A DNA stretch of 64,000 nt. Source: Octopus sinensis. Taxonomy: Eukaryota. The translations under genes and the position numbers were made by a program. Shown piece by piece: positions 25,990-37,520 of this stretch. The stretch's first letter is position 1, and each line of letters begins with the position of its first letter. Where the stretch lies: positions 57,846,001-57,910,000 of the forward strand of contig NC_043003.1 of assembly GCF_006345805.1 (NCBI RefSeq), written 5' to 3'. The notes beneath the pieces are model-generated. The model did no database searches and was not told the DNA's origin. It saw only the letters and a list, made by a program, of their open reading frames with translations.

Positions 25990-26750
25990 TATTAGCTGTG
26001 CACTAATGTAGCCGTGTTAACTGTACTCTGTAGTATTGTTGCTTTGTCAATTGTACAGTTATTGTGTTAACTGTATACACTGTTAAAACAGTTAACTGTA
26101 CACTACTGCATCGTTCCTTTGTTAACTGTACGTACTATATTTGTGCGTTTACTGTTGCTGTTGAGCGAACGGTCTTCGTCCCAGAGCTCGCAAGATGGGA
26201 GAAGTCCGAAACGTGGTCCTTTGCTATTCGTAAGACCCGCAGAAGAGAAAGCAAGTCAACCCTTGACACCATCGACGGATGGATGAATGCGCATCCAGGC
26301 TCAGGAAGAAAGAATGAGAGAAAGTTGGAGCGAAAGAGTACAACAGGGGTCGCCACCACCCCCTGCCGGAGCCTCGTGGAGCTTTAGGTGTTTTTCGCTC
26401 AATAAACACACACAATGCCCGGTCTGGGAATCGAAACCGCGATCCTCTGACCGCGAGTCCGCTGCCCTAACCATTGGGCCATTGCGCCTCCACTACTGTT
26501 GCTGTATTCATTGTACACGATTGTATTGTACTCTGTTCTGTACTGACTGTGTTAACTGATTACTGTACTCAGTTCTCATTACACCCAACTGTCACTGTGT
26601 TTGTTGCCCACTACTTTTGCTATATGCACTGTAAACTGCTGTTGCTGTGTTATCTGTACGCCGTACATTTGCACACGATACTGTTGATCTGTTAACTGTA
26701 CACTATTCTATTACCGCTTACGCTATACAATTTCAGTGTTAAATGTACAC
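25990..26750. repeat. Degenerate minisatellite rich in GTTAACTGTAC, interrupted by a SINE
   Basis: Motif or variants near 26017, 26066, 26091, 26121, 26551, 26691 and 26738. Confidence 0.6.
26162..26493 (-). mobile_element. Young tRNA-derived SINE of a distinct family, with 12-bp TSD
   Basis: Head GTGGAGGCGCAATGGCCCAATGGTTAGGGCAGCGGACTCGCGGTCAGAGGATCGCGGTTTCGATTCCC (A and B boxes). TSD TACTGTTGCTGT at 26150-26161 and 26494-26505. Confidence 0.85.
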
Positions 26751-27156
26751 TGCACTTTACTATATTGCAGAGTTAGTCTGTTGACCAAAACCATCTTAAC
26801 AGTATTATAAACCCCAGGTCAAATCGATGCTATAGGCTCTATAGTATTTATCCATGAATAGTAAGCTATAGCATTGATACATCAGAATTGGTCCCCTAGA
26901 CATTTGAGGCCGGTTGGCAACTGCCCATTACACTATACTGTGACTATGGTGTGTTTATCTTGCAGTACGGATTGATACCTCATAATCTCAATGTAAGAAA
27001 TGAATCATTAATAAAAGTATTTGTTCTTATTATGGCTATGGTTGTCCTTCAAACCCACTGATCGTACAGAGACTTACGATTAAGAGAATCATTTTAGCGT
27101 TGATCATCCATTTTATCGTTGGTTAAGGCACAATGTGCCGTATTTGATAGTATATA

Positions 27157-27451
27157 TCTCTATCTATCCGCTTAGTCGAAGTCGACTCTCGGTTACTCAT
27201 TGGATCAGTGTCCTCCAGTCAGTTCTATCCTGGGCCGCTTCTTTCAGATTGGCTATGTCCATTCCGGTATCACTCTTGATGGTGTCAAGCCAGCGGGTTC
27301 TTGGTCGGCCTCTTCCTCTCTTGCCACTGACCATTCCGAGCATGATGTCCTTCTCCAGGGATTTTCTCCGCATAATACGACCGAAATATGCCAATCTATG
27401 CTTGGTGATCCTAGCTTCTAGCGACATTTTTGGCCTGATCTGCTTAAGAAC
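27157..27451 (-). mobile_element. 5'-truncated RTE-clade LINE with 14-bp TSD
   Basis: Reads VLKQIRPKMSLEARITKHRLAYFGRIMRRKSLEKDIMLGMVSGKRGRGRPRTRWLDTIK..DRTDWRTLIQ*VTESRLRLSG*, a typical RTE/Bov-B C-terminus. TSD TTTGATAGTATATA at 27143-27156 and 27452-27465. Confidence 0.92.
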
Positions 27452-29170
27452 TTTGATAGTATATAAGATGCAATATTCTTTAAAAAATCTCAGAAATCAC
27501 CCCTTGAATATGTGTTGTTGAAATCTTTGTGCGCTTGATGTGTTGGCGGTCTTTTATGCCATCAAATATGGTTTCTAAGATTCTCTCTGTTTCTCATGTA
27601 TTATCTCTCTCTCTCTCTCTTTCTCTTCAAGATGGCGCGTGCGATACGAGGGAGATTTTTTTGCTATTTCTAGTTGGTCGAATAGTCATGTTGAGGTTAC
27701 TCTGTGGTGGAAATTATAGCATAAAATGTTGCGTAGTGCGGTGTTGTTGAAGTGTGTGGTGTTATACTATATGGAGTGTTAGGGGTAGGTGTAGTGTGTT
27801 GTGGTTTTGTGTGATGTGATATGGTGTGATAAAAGTGTAGTGAGGAGCAGAATGGCGTTGTGTTGTACTGTAAGTGTTGGCTAGTTGCAGTATTGTGTGA
27901 AATGGTGTGGTGAGACCCGGGTTCGAGTGAATGACAAAAAATTGAGTCAGTTCAATTAATAACTGAAATAATTGTAACTGACCTGAGAGAGAAAGAGAGA
28001 GAAACAGACAGCGAGAGACAGTGTGATTGTAAGAGATGTAGTGAGCGAGAGACAAGGACGGAGTGAGTGGGAGACAGTGTGAGAGAGAAGGAGTAAGTGA
28101 GAGACTGAAGAGACAGACTGAGTGAGTAAGAGTGAAAAAAGGATAGACAGGTAGACAGAGATAGAGAGAATGTCGACAGTTTAAAAATGTACTAAGCGTT
28201 TTCTGTGAATCCATCTTTCCCTCGGGCATCAGAGGAAAGCAGACGTAATGTAGTTATAATAATAAAAGTAATAACATTAAAAACAATGCTAATAACGGTC
28301 AGTAATGAATACGAATAAGGAACGATGAAGGAAAAATGAATTAAAATGACAACTCTAGTGGCACTATGAAAGACATTTGTTTTGTTTTTTTTGTCGTTTT
28401 TTTTTACTATTTTTCGTTGATTTTTTTACTTCTTTTGTTCTTTTTATTCATTAATAATCTTTCAGGTTATTTCGAAATAGTTGGTTGGATGTCATTTGAC
28501 TTTTAATATATTTCATTCAGGCTTCACTCATTACAAGTTGTCGTTTAACCCCGAAGTTTGAAATTCTCTTAAAAATATCTAAACAAGCAACAAGCTAAAT
28601 AAATAAATAAATAAATAAATGCTCAAATAAATAAATGAATTAAAAATTGGGAAACAAAAAAATATATATAAAGACAAATAAAATTAAGATTTTTTGTTAA
28701 TGTTTATTAATGAAAGAATTAATTTTTGCTTTTGTTTTTTTTTTTTTTTGTTATTGTTTATTGCAGTGATTTTTTTCCCCCCTGCTTTTATAAATTATTA
28801 TCATTGTTGTTATTGTTGTTATTTTATTCATGTTTCCATTGGCAATTACCAGATTAAAATATTTGTTTGAGACAAAAGGGATTTATAAACAACAATAAAT
28901 TGATGAAATGTAATTGAGTTGGTGGTGTGCGTTCCATTTTCAGTTTTGATATTTAAATTTAAAAAAAAAAAAAAAAAACAAAACAAATAACAATAGATAA
29001 AAAAACAAACACAAATATGAAAAAAAAAAAAAGTGGCGGGGACCAAATAAATAATAATAAGAAGAAATAAGAAAGGTTCAAATAATATTTAAACAATTTT
29101 GAATAATATTTTTAAAACTGCAAATAATAATCATTTAGAAACGTACACAAGCACGCACACAAACATTTTC

Positions 29171-29213
<43 letters not shown>

Positions 29214-29246
29214 CAGTATTTAACTGCCCCCAAACGCGATAAAAAT

Positions 29247-29307
<61 letters not shown>

Positions 29308-30344
29308 GGAAGTGGATATGAGATATAACATGACAATTAATTCGGAATTGGTTACATCACGGAAGCAAATAAATCTATTGTTTTAATACTAAATCTTTTA
29401 TGGTGAGAATTTCTTTCGCCATTGACGTCATCTCCACCATTATCATCACCATTATCATCACCACTGCCACCATTATCAACGATAGTGACGATCCATTAAC
29501 GATGAAAGGGTTTCTATGCCAGTCATGGGCGAACTGTGGCCCGCGGGACTTTTCTGAATGGCACACACACCTAACGAAAAATTACATTGATGGTGAGGTA
29601 TGGGCAAGACTAGCACCTGTTCCCCCCCCACCACAAATACCCCACTTTTTCTTTCTTTTTTTCTTCGCCTTTTTTTTTTTTACACAAACCCCCATTTTCC
29701 GAAGCTTTCCCGTATGGGCAAGACTTCCGCCCGTCCCCCACAAATACCCCCTTTTTGGCGGAGGTCTTTCCGAGGTACGTCTCATGCAACCCGCTTCTCG
29801 AGAAAGATTAGCTAGGCCTACTCTCTGCGGTAGTTTGACATACTGGAAATGGTAACTAAGACTTCCTTCAAATCAGACCCTGCAGTCTTAACGACATCAT
29901 ACTGCAATTCTTGAAAATAAGGCGGGAGGTTACGGCTGGCTCGAATGCCTTGACTATAAAGGTCTGTTCGATCATGTCTTACCTGGGGCTTAAACAACAA
30001 TGAGAATAAGAAAGACATTCTTCAAAGCCATGAGATCGCCCGTTTGTATTTATTTGAACTTGGTTTTGCAAGATGGAACCTTCGTCTACGTGTTCGCTGG
30101 AAATGCTAGAAATAGCAACCAAGTCACCCTCAATTAACGCCTTACAGTCTTAGAAAAGGAAACATTTTGAACGATGCAGTCTTAGATACTCCTACAAAGA
30201 CATGATGGTCACGGCTAGAATGCCTTTGAGTCATTGAATTGAGCTCTCCTGAATTGAGGGATAAACCTTGAGTCAGTAGCGTAGCTTGGGGAAGAGATGA
30301 TAGGGTCAGTCTGCCCGGGTGACGCTTTTATAGGGCGGGGGCAC

Positions 30345-30754
30345 GGATCTTATCGGTTTGAACAGCAGTTTTTTTTAAATAATTTCCACGTAACTAAACA
30401 CTTTTAAACTTCGTATACTGGTAGAATGTGTTTATAAAACATCTTTTTCTCTTGGCTTTATTGAGAAAATTCTATCGTTTGTAAGATATTTGTTGTTTTT
30501 TTTCTTCAATTTCTGCAATTTCAACCAATCAATGACATCTATTGAGGTAAAAAAACATGTACCGTATGAATATGTCCCTCGTTTAAGAAACAGATCGGGT
30601 TTATTTACATTTCTGAAGAAAAAAGATACCCTTCCCCCCCCTAACCCTAACCCTAAAACAGATTGAATGCAATAGATCGAAACTAGGGTCATAATTATGG
30701 GTGACAGTTTCATGACACCGCTAGAAAAAACTGCCGTTCAAACCGAAAAGACCC
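30345..30754. mobile_element. Merlin-type MITE (~30-bp TIRs, 8-bp TSD)
   Basis: GGATCTTATCGGTTTGAACAGCAGTTTTTT versus AAAAAACTGCCGTTCAAACCGAAAAGACCC (27/30); flanks GGGGGCAC / GGGAGCAC; internal CCCTAACCCTAACCCTAA. Confidence 0.75.
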
Positions 30755-32027
30755 GGGAGCACTTTTGGGTCTACTGTATAAGCGTGTATAGGAAGCGGTG
30801 GCAGAGAACTCGGACTACATTGGGCGGTACACACTCAAGTTACACCACTGCCTAGGGTTAAACAACGACGAGAATAACAGCCCTGCTGTCTCAAAACAAA
30901 AGACGGATACTTTGTAATAATGTATTCCAAGATAAACTACGTCTGTATAAAAGACGGGATAGTAATGGAATGACCACGGCGTTGGGCTGAACGACAACGA
31001 CGCTACCGTTAGAAAAAGGGAAGGAAGTTGATACTTTGGGTAATGTAGTCGAAGATAGACTGCATCTGAATAAAAGACGGAATAGCCATGGCTTAGATTC
31101 AATACCTTAGATCGTAGTTTTGATCTAAATGGCAACATTATCAAGATGATTGATATGTGGATCCGATCAATTTGTGCTTTTTAAAAAGCAAAATTATTGT
31201 TTCGGTTAGCGTGCATGCCTTTAAAAGGTTTTTAGTTAATCAAGGTTTTATTTTTGTTATATTTATGTTGATCATATCAAGCCTTAAGTATTGCCACCGG
31301 GGTATTTAATATTATCGATCTCTATTCATCGAATAGCTATGTTACGAATTCTGAGACAAGACCATTAAAAAAAAAAAACGTTTTAATAAAGTCGGTGTTT
31401 TGAACAACAACTAAATTGCGCGCGCAAGAACTCACGCGTACAGTTTGATATGTGCCTTTTTGCACGACACTTTAGAACTCTGAGGCACTTCTGAAGCTAT
31501 TTACAGCTGTTGTGATATATGAATATGAAATATATTCTGTCTTACGTATTTTGCTATTTACGTTGCTATTATCTATCTCCTTTTCGAAAAACCAAACGTA
31601 TGTGTGTATGGACACACACACACTACCACTCAACACACACACTGGCACGTTACATACGCCGCCGCCCTTTCCCCCCTTCCCTCCTTTTTTTACCACTGAC
31701 CACTCACTTGAGACTTGCTATGTCAACTACTGTTCGCCCTACCAAACACACTTACATACAGACGCACGCACTAACATATACATATATTTTTTGTTTTTTT
31801 ATCTCGCCTCACACACACATACACACACACTCACACATACATACACATCATTTTTGTTACCAACCTTCCTGTCTCCACTCTTTTGGCTTTAAAAACCTAC
31901 TTTGCCCTTGTTTTCCAAAACTTCCGGTCTTTCAGCATGTGTACTTCGTAAACACCAGTCGCGTTTTTTTTCCCTCTTTCGCCCACATCGGAATCTTTCT
32001 TTCTTCTTTCTTCCTTCTCTTATGTTT

Positions 32028-32054
32028 CCGACGAAGAGCTCCGCTCGAAACGTC
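32028..32054 (+). ncRNA. Minimal hammerhead ribozyme-like motif (Penelope-like element terminus)
   Basis: CCGACGA-A-GAGC-TCC-GCTC-GAAA-CG-TC; one core deviation (U4->C). Confidence 0.55.
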
Positions 32055-32149
32055 ATACCCTCCTTCTTCCATTTTCCTGAGCGCCTAATAATAATAATAC
32101 TGTAATTGTTCCACGTGTTGTTGTTTTTTCTGTTTTCCCGTTTGGATTA

Positions 32150-32190
<41 letters not shown>

Positions 32191-32194
32191 TGTG

Positions 32195-32415
32195 TGTTTT
32201 TGAGCCTGTGTTTGTCTCCCCAACATAGCTTGACAACCGATGCTGGTGTGTTTACGTCCCCGTAACTTACCGGTTCAGCGAAAGAGACCGATACAATAAG
32301 TACTAAGCTTACAAAGAATAAGTCCTGGGATCAGTTTCTTCAACTAAAACCCTTTAAGGCGGTGCTCCAGCACGGCCGCAATCAAGCGGCTGAAGCATAT
32401 AAAATAAAATAAAAG
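32195..32415 (+). mobile_element. Family A SINE 3' half
   Basis: GCTTGACAACCGATGCTGGTGTG..AAGGCGGTGCTCCAGCACGGCCGCA. Confidence 0.75.
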
Positions 32416-33212
32416 AATGTGTATACGTGTGTCTGTTTGTGTGTGTGTGTGTGCGTGCGAATGTCATTTCATCTCGCGTTTGGGGAGGGGGGGTGTCTGT
32501 CTCATTCATTGTTTTACCTCTCAAATCCCATAAAAGAAACCCGTTTCTCTCCTCGAACCTTTCTTCCTTTTGTTTCTCACGGACCTTTATATTACTTATT
32601 TATTTAATCTATTTTCTTCCATTTTTATTTTTGTTGTTCGGTTCTTTTTCGCTAAATAGTTTTCCCTGATTTGTATTGTTTGTACATTATTTCTCCTTGT
32701 TCATAAATAACTTTCTTCTTTTCTCATCGCAATATCTATAACAGAAACGATCTTAATTGAATTACAAAGAGAAAAAAGAGGGGAAGATCAGGGGAGGCTG
32801 GAATAGAAGTTCTTTTGACTGTCAGTCTCATTTACCTGAGGAATTTCAATCGCTTCTACAGTTGACAGAACGGGATAAAGTTTTGAGAGCACCACGGCTC
32901 TGTGAAACACTTTCGCACTTCTGTGAATCTGCTTTCACAATTGTATTCACCATCACTCCCTTGTTTCTCTTTCTCTCTCGTTTTCATCATGAAAAATGTT
33001 TGTGTGTGGGTGTGTGTATTATACATTATTGTGTGTAGTGATTTTTCAACAAAGAGTAAGCAATTAGTTTTCAGTGGAGTTTGATGATGAAAAACTGTAG
33101 TCAGCGTATGTGTGTGTGTATTTCTGTATACATTCATATCTTTGCTATTATGCAAAAGTGTCGTAAGTCCAAAACGTTGCTTTTTCAGTAAAAGGAAAAA
33201 AAATACTTTCAC

Positions 33213-33365
33213 CATTTCATAGCAAAACCGTTGTACAAACACTTCGACAATTTTTGGTAGCTTGGCATCTGAAGTAGCTGGAGATACGATAGTTTGGCCA
33301 AGAGAACCGGCTATTGCAAGCAAAAACAAATAGTGGGAAAAACGCATTTGGCCAAATTTGGACAT
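33213..33365 (-). CDS. Candidate first coding exon of a secreted protein (unverified)
   Basis: MSKFGQMRFSHYLFLLAIAGSLG|QTIVSPATSDAKLPKIVEVFVQRFCYEM followed by a weak phase-0 donor (gtgaaa). Signal-peptide-like; no recognisable homolog or downstream exon. Confidence 0.2.
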
Positions 33366-33612
33366 ACGATAGTTTAACATAATACCAACGATATATATGT
33401 AAACACCTACAAATGTGCATATATGGTTATATACACATATGCCCACATATGTAGGTATGTATACTCGCACACAAATGTATACATGTATCTATATATGGGT
33501 ATACATATATGTGTTTCGTGTGTGTATAACAGATTATATATATATCATGATAGATCGTTAGCTCCTACACGCATTTTTTTCTCTCCTTGTTTTTTTTTAT
33601 CTGTGTATGTTT

Positions 33613-33640
33613 CTGTCGAAGAGCGTAGGCTCGAAACGTA
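33613..33640 (+). ncRNA. Minimal hammerhead ribozyme-like motif (second copy)
   Basis: CTGTCGA-A-GAGC-GTAG-GCTC-GAAA-CG-TA; one core deviation (A6->U). Shares the flanking TATGTTT and downstream TTCCTGAGCGC with the 32.0-kb copy. Confidence 0.55.
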
Positions 33641-33751
33641 AAAGACGTTTTCTATTTCTATTCCTGAGCGCTATACTAATACATTTGTTTGTTTGTACTC
33701 CACCTGCCTTCGTCTTTTGTTTACTTTCGTAAACTTTCCCGTTATATATAT

Positions 33752-33785
<34 letters not shown>

Positions 33786-34745
33786 CATGCATATTTACAC
33801 ACACAAATCGATTTATAGGTATTCACACGCACACACATACTAATGTGTAGATGTATGTGCATTTATATATACATACACACAAATAAATGGACGTACATGT
33901 AGATTGATAGACAGAGATACGAACAGATATAGTCCTTATGTGAATATATATATATATAATAATAAAAAATAACAGGAACCAAGAGGTGGAACGAAACGAC
34001 GAATCGGAACGAACCTGATGCGGGGCGCTGTCAGACAATAAGGTGGTAAATAAAAATATATGCATACATACAAACATATATGTACGTACCTACATCTACA
34101 TGTATATATACATGCATATATATACATGTAGATGTAGGTACGTACATATATGTTTGTATGTATGCATATATTTTTATTTATCACCTATATATATATATAT
34201 ATATATATATATTTAACCGGCAATTCCTTTTGAAATGGTTTCGACCTCCATATTCCATCACCAGACATACACACACACACACACAGGCATATTTCATTCT
34301 TCCTTTCTATTAGGCCCTTGTCTTTTTTCTCAGAGAGGCAGAATTCCTGTTGTTCTGTTCTTCGATTGATGGTCTTTTTGGAAAGGAAGAAGAATCAGTA
34401 GATAGATGGCTGGCTGACTGGATGGATGAATGGATGGATGGTAGGTGTGGGACTTGAAGAACAAACACGATGGACGTTGGAAGAATCTGCTGCTAATTGT
34501 ATAAACATTACCGATTGGCATTTTTAGTTAGCTTGTTGTTGTTTTTATGGTGCTAACAGCCAAAAATGAGGGTGTTGGGGTGAGGTGAGATGTGCATGGT
34601 GGGATTCTCTGTTCTTTTACTCACCCGTGTTCCGTTTTCCTTAACTCAGTGGGAGGTCTGCATAAATATATTTCTCATATATTTTCCCTAGACTTGGATG
34701 GTTCCTTCCGTGCGCAGTTCAAATTCTGGTGGAGCTACTCTGATT

Positions 34746-34978
34746 TATTCTGTTGTGTCTGGGGAAGAGTCATTTTCTTTTTGTGCCTTGTAATTTAACA
34801 CACTCACCAGTATAATTTCCACTTATTTCTTATTTTTATTTTCCTAAACTTTTCTGTTGCAAGATGCCACGAAAATTTTAGGAAAATAAAAATAAGAAAT
34901 AAGTGGAAATTATATCGGTGAGTGTGTTAAATTATAAGGCACAAAAAGAAAATGACTCTCCCCAGACACAACAGAATA
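34746..34978. repeat. Near-perfect 233-bp palindrome (fold-back element)
   Basis: Arms 34746-34854 and 34871-34978 differ by 4 substitutions and 1 indel; 16-nt spacer; TA at both outer ends. Confidence 0.95.
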
Positions 34979-35309
34979 TGTTTCAACACACGAACTCATA
35001 TAGAGGATCTTGCAAACCAAATCCAAAACGAAATACTTTGATTTAACTTTAACAAAATTCCCAGGGGTCCAGGGGGGAAGGTCATACATGCACACTTTGT
35101 GTGTGTGTGTGATTGTGCATAAAAGTTAATTAGGGGATATATTAACCTCTTAAAGGGATGATTACATCCAAGAAGCACTGGTTCTATACCAAAGGTCTTT
35201 GGAAAAAAATTTCCCCAAATCAGTAGGTATATATTAAGTATATATAATCTATATTAAATTGAGAGAAAATGGAGAGTTGGTGGTTTGTATTTATTAATGA
35301 ATATTTAAA

Positions 35310-35612
35310 TAAGGGTTAGGGGAAGGGTATCTTTTTTTCTTCACAAATGTAAATAAACCCAATCTGTTTCTTAAACGAGGGACATATTCATACGGCACAG
35401 AATGCTTTCACCTCAATAGACGGTCATTGATTGGTTAAAATTGCCGAAATGCAAGAAATTAAAGACGAAATATGTTACAAACTACTGGATTTTCTCAAGA
35501 AAGCCAAGAGAAAATGATGTTTTATAAACACATTCTACCAGTATACGAAATTTAAAATTTTTTAGTTACCTAGAAATTATGTTAAAAACTGCCGTTCAAA
35601 CCGAAAAGATCC
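35310..35612 (-). mobile_element. Truncated Merlin-type MITE (same family as 30345-30754)
   Basis: Reverse-complement match to the 30345 copy, ending AAAAACTGCCGTTCAAACCGAAAAGATCC. Confidence 0.75.
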
Positions 35613-35911
35613 ACAATTTTACATCAAACTGAAGAAGTATTTAATACTTTTTTTTTTTTTTCGAAGAATACGTATTTATTAAACTTTTAACAAGTTTAAC
35701 AAATATGTACTCATATTTGAAATTGGATCTCGAAGCTTACATAAAGATTTAAATAACAGCACGTATATACTAGGTTGATTTTCAACTCTGTTGGGTAGAA
35801 AAAGTCGAAGGCTGTGAATAATAATATAGCTTGGTTTACTGTGAAGTATATTGAAAAATCTAACGATTGGTTATTAGTTTCACTATAGATTATACACGTG
35901 TGTGAGTATGC

Positions 35912-35945
<34 letters not shown>

Positions 35946-36469
35946 GCACACGCATAAATACGTAGATTCAGACACAAGTGTGTGTGTTTTGTGTGCATGT
36001 CTATATAAACAGTTTGTCTACACTACACACGCATTGATCTCAGTCATTTCTTTGAAGAAGTTAACCTCTCGTCTTGTGTCTCACGTCTGCTGTCTCCGTT
36101 ATTATTTGGTCAGAAAACCCTCTGTTTATTAAATATGACAGAAACACCTTCTGATAAATGTAATAAACCATTGTTGCCATAGACTTAATACCCTAATCTC
36201 CTTATCCCCCACCTAACTGATAGTGGCACCACCTCAAACCCACACTGCTTACCTTAATTAAGTGCTACAAGGTACAATTTAATATTTCTTTTCATCACTG
36301 TTGAATATCTTTCTATCTATCTGTCTCTCTCTATTTTATCTATCAGTCTATCTTTCTGCCAATCTGTCTGTCTGTTCATGTTTCTCTTTCTGTCTCTGTT
36401 CCTCTGTCCTTCTGTCTACCTATTTGTCTACCTTTCTGTTTACCTGTCTCTTTACCTTTCTGTCTGTCT

Positions 36470-36700
<231 letters not shown>

Positions 36701-37065
36701 CTATTTACTTTTCTGTCATCTATGTGTATTTTTTTTGTCTACCTGTCTATCTTTCTGTTCATCTCTCTCTGCTTGACTGTCCATCTATCTTTCTGCCTGT
36801 CTCTCTCTCTTTCTCTCTAACTATCCATTTATCTGTCGAAATGCCTTTCAATTGATCAGTCTTGACCAAGCAGACCTGTAATGATCAAATCATTCCACAT
36901 TTGACCATCACCCCTCCCCCCTCCCTCATATATATATATAAGAATTTTTGCGTAATAAGATAAAAAAACCAAGGGTGTGTAGATATTAGAGCATACACAC
37001 ACATATATATATACACACACCACCACACACATATATATATACACACTAATATATATACAATATAT

Positions 37066-37112
<47 letters not shown>

Positions 37113-37480
37113 TATATACTCAACTTAGTTTTATATTACTGAATAAGGGGCTGTTTGTTGTTTGAGGGATATTCCGTTGCCATTTCAAACAGGTTTGCAA
37201 GCCCACACAGTGGGCTCCCTAAGGGAATACATTTCGAAGCGTTGATGATATATATATATACATATATAATATGGTGACAGACCAACAAGCAACTAGTGTG
37301 TTTTACAAACCATTAGAGATATACAGTTATATTTTCTCAATAGAAGTCTGTGGAACTGGTCTTGTGTGTTTCAAGACTATTTGATTTGCGGACACAAAAT
37401 CTGGTTTGTTAATGTCATGAATGAAAAGGGGAGCTAATAAAGGGAGTAGAGTAGGTGGTGGGGTGTAATCAAAATACTAC

Positions 37481-37520
<40 letters not shown>

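Noticed and set aside
26418-26493. tRNA-Arg-like gene
   Set aside because: A and B boxes are present but no acceptor stem forms, and it is the head of a TSD-bounded SINE.
27627-27720. CAAGATGGCG (YY1 or start-codon-like) after a pyrimidine tract
   Set aside because: The frame closes after 28 codons, with no convincing donor and no promoter context I can support.
30639-30656. Interstitial telomeric repeat (CCCTAA)n
   Set aside because: Only about 3 units and internal to a Merlin-type MITE; the copy at 35.3 kb has a remnant of the same motif.
30815-31144. ORF with an apparent 41-aa internal repeat (YxVFYxDxVYLxxHYxK), or a KR-containing propeptide on the plus strand
   Set aside because: The 123-bp repeat matches family D repeat pieces elsewhere (for example 30130-30220: TTAGAAAAGGA..ATGCAGTC..AGATA..AAGAC..GATGGTCACGGCT). 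These are two decayed tandem repeat copies.
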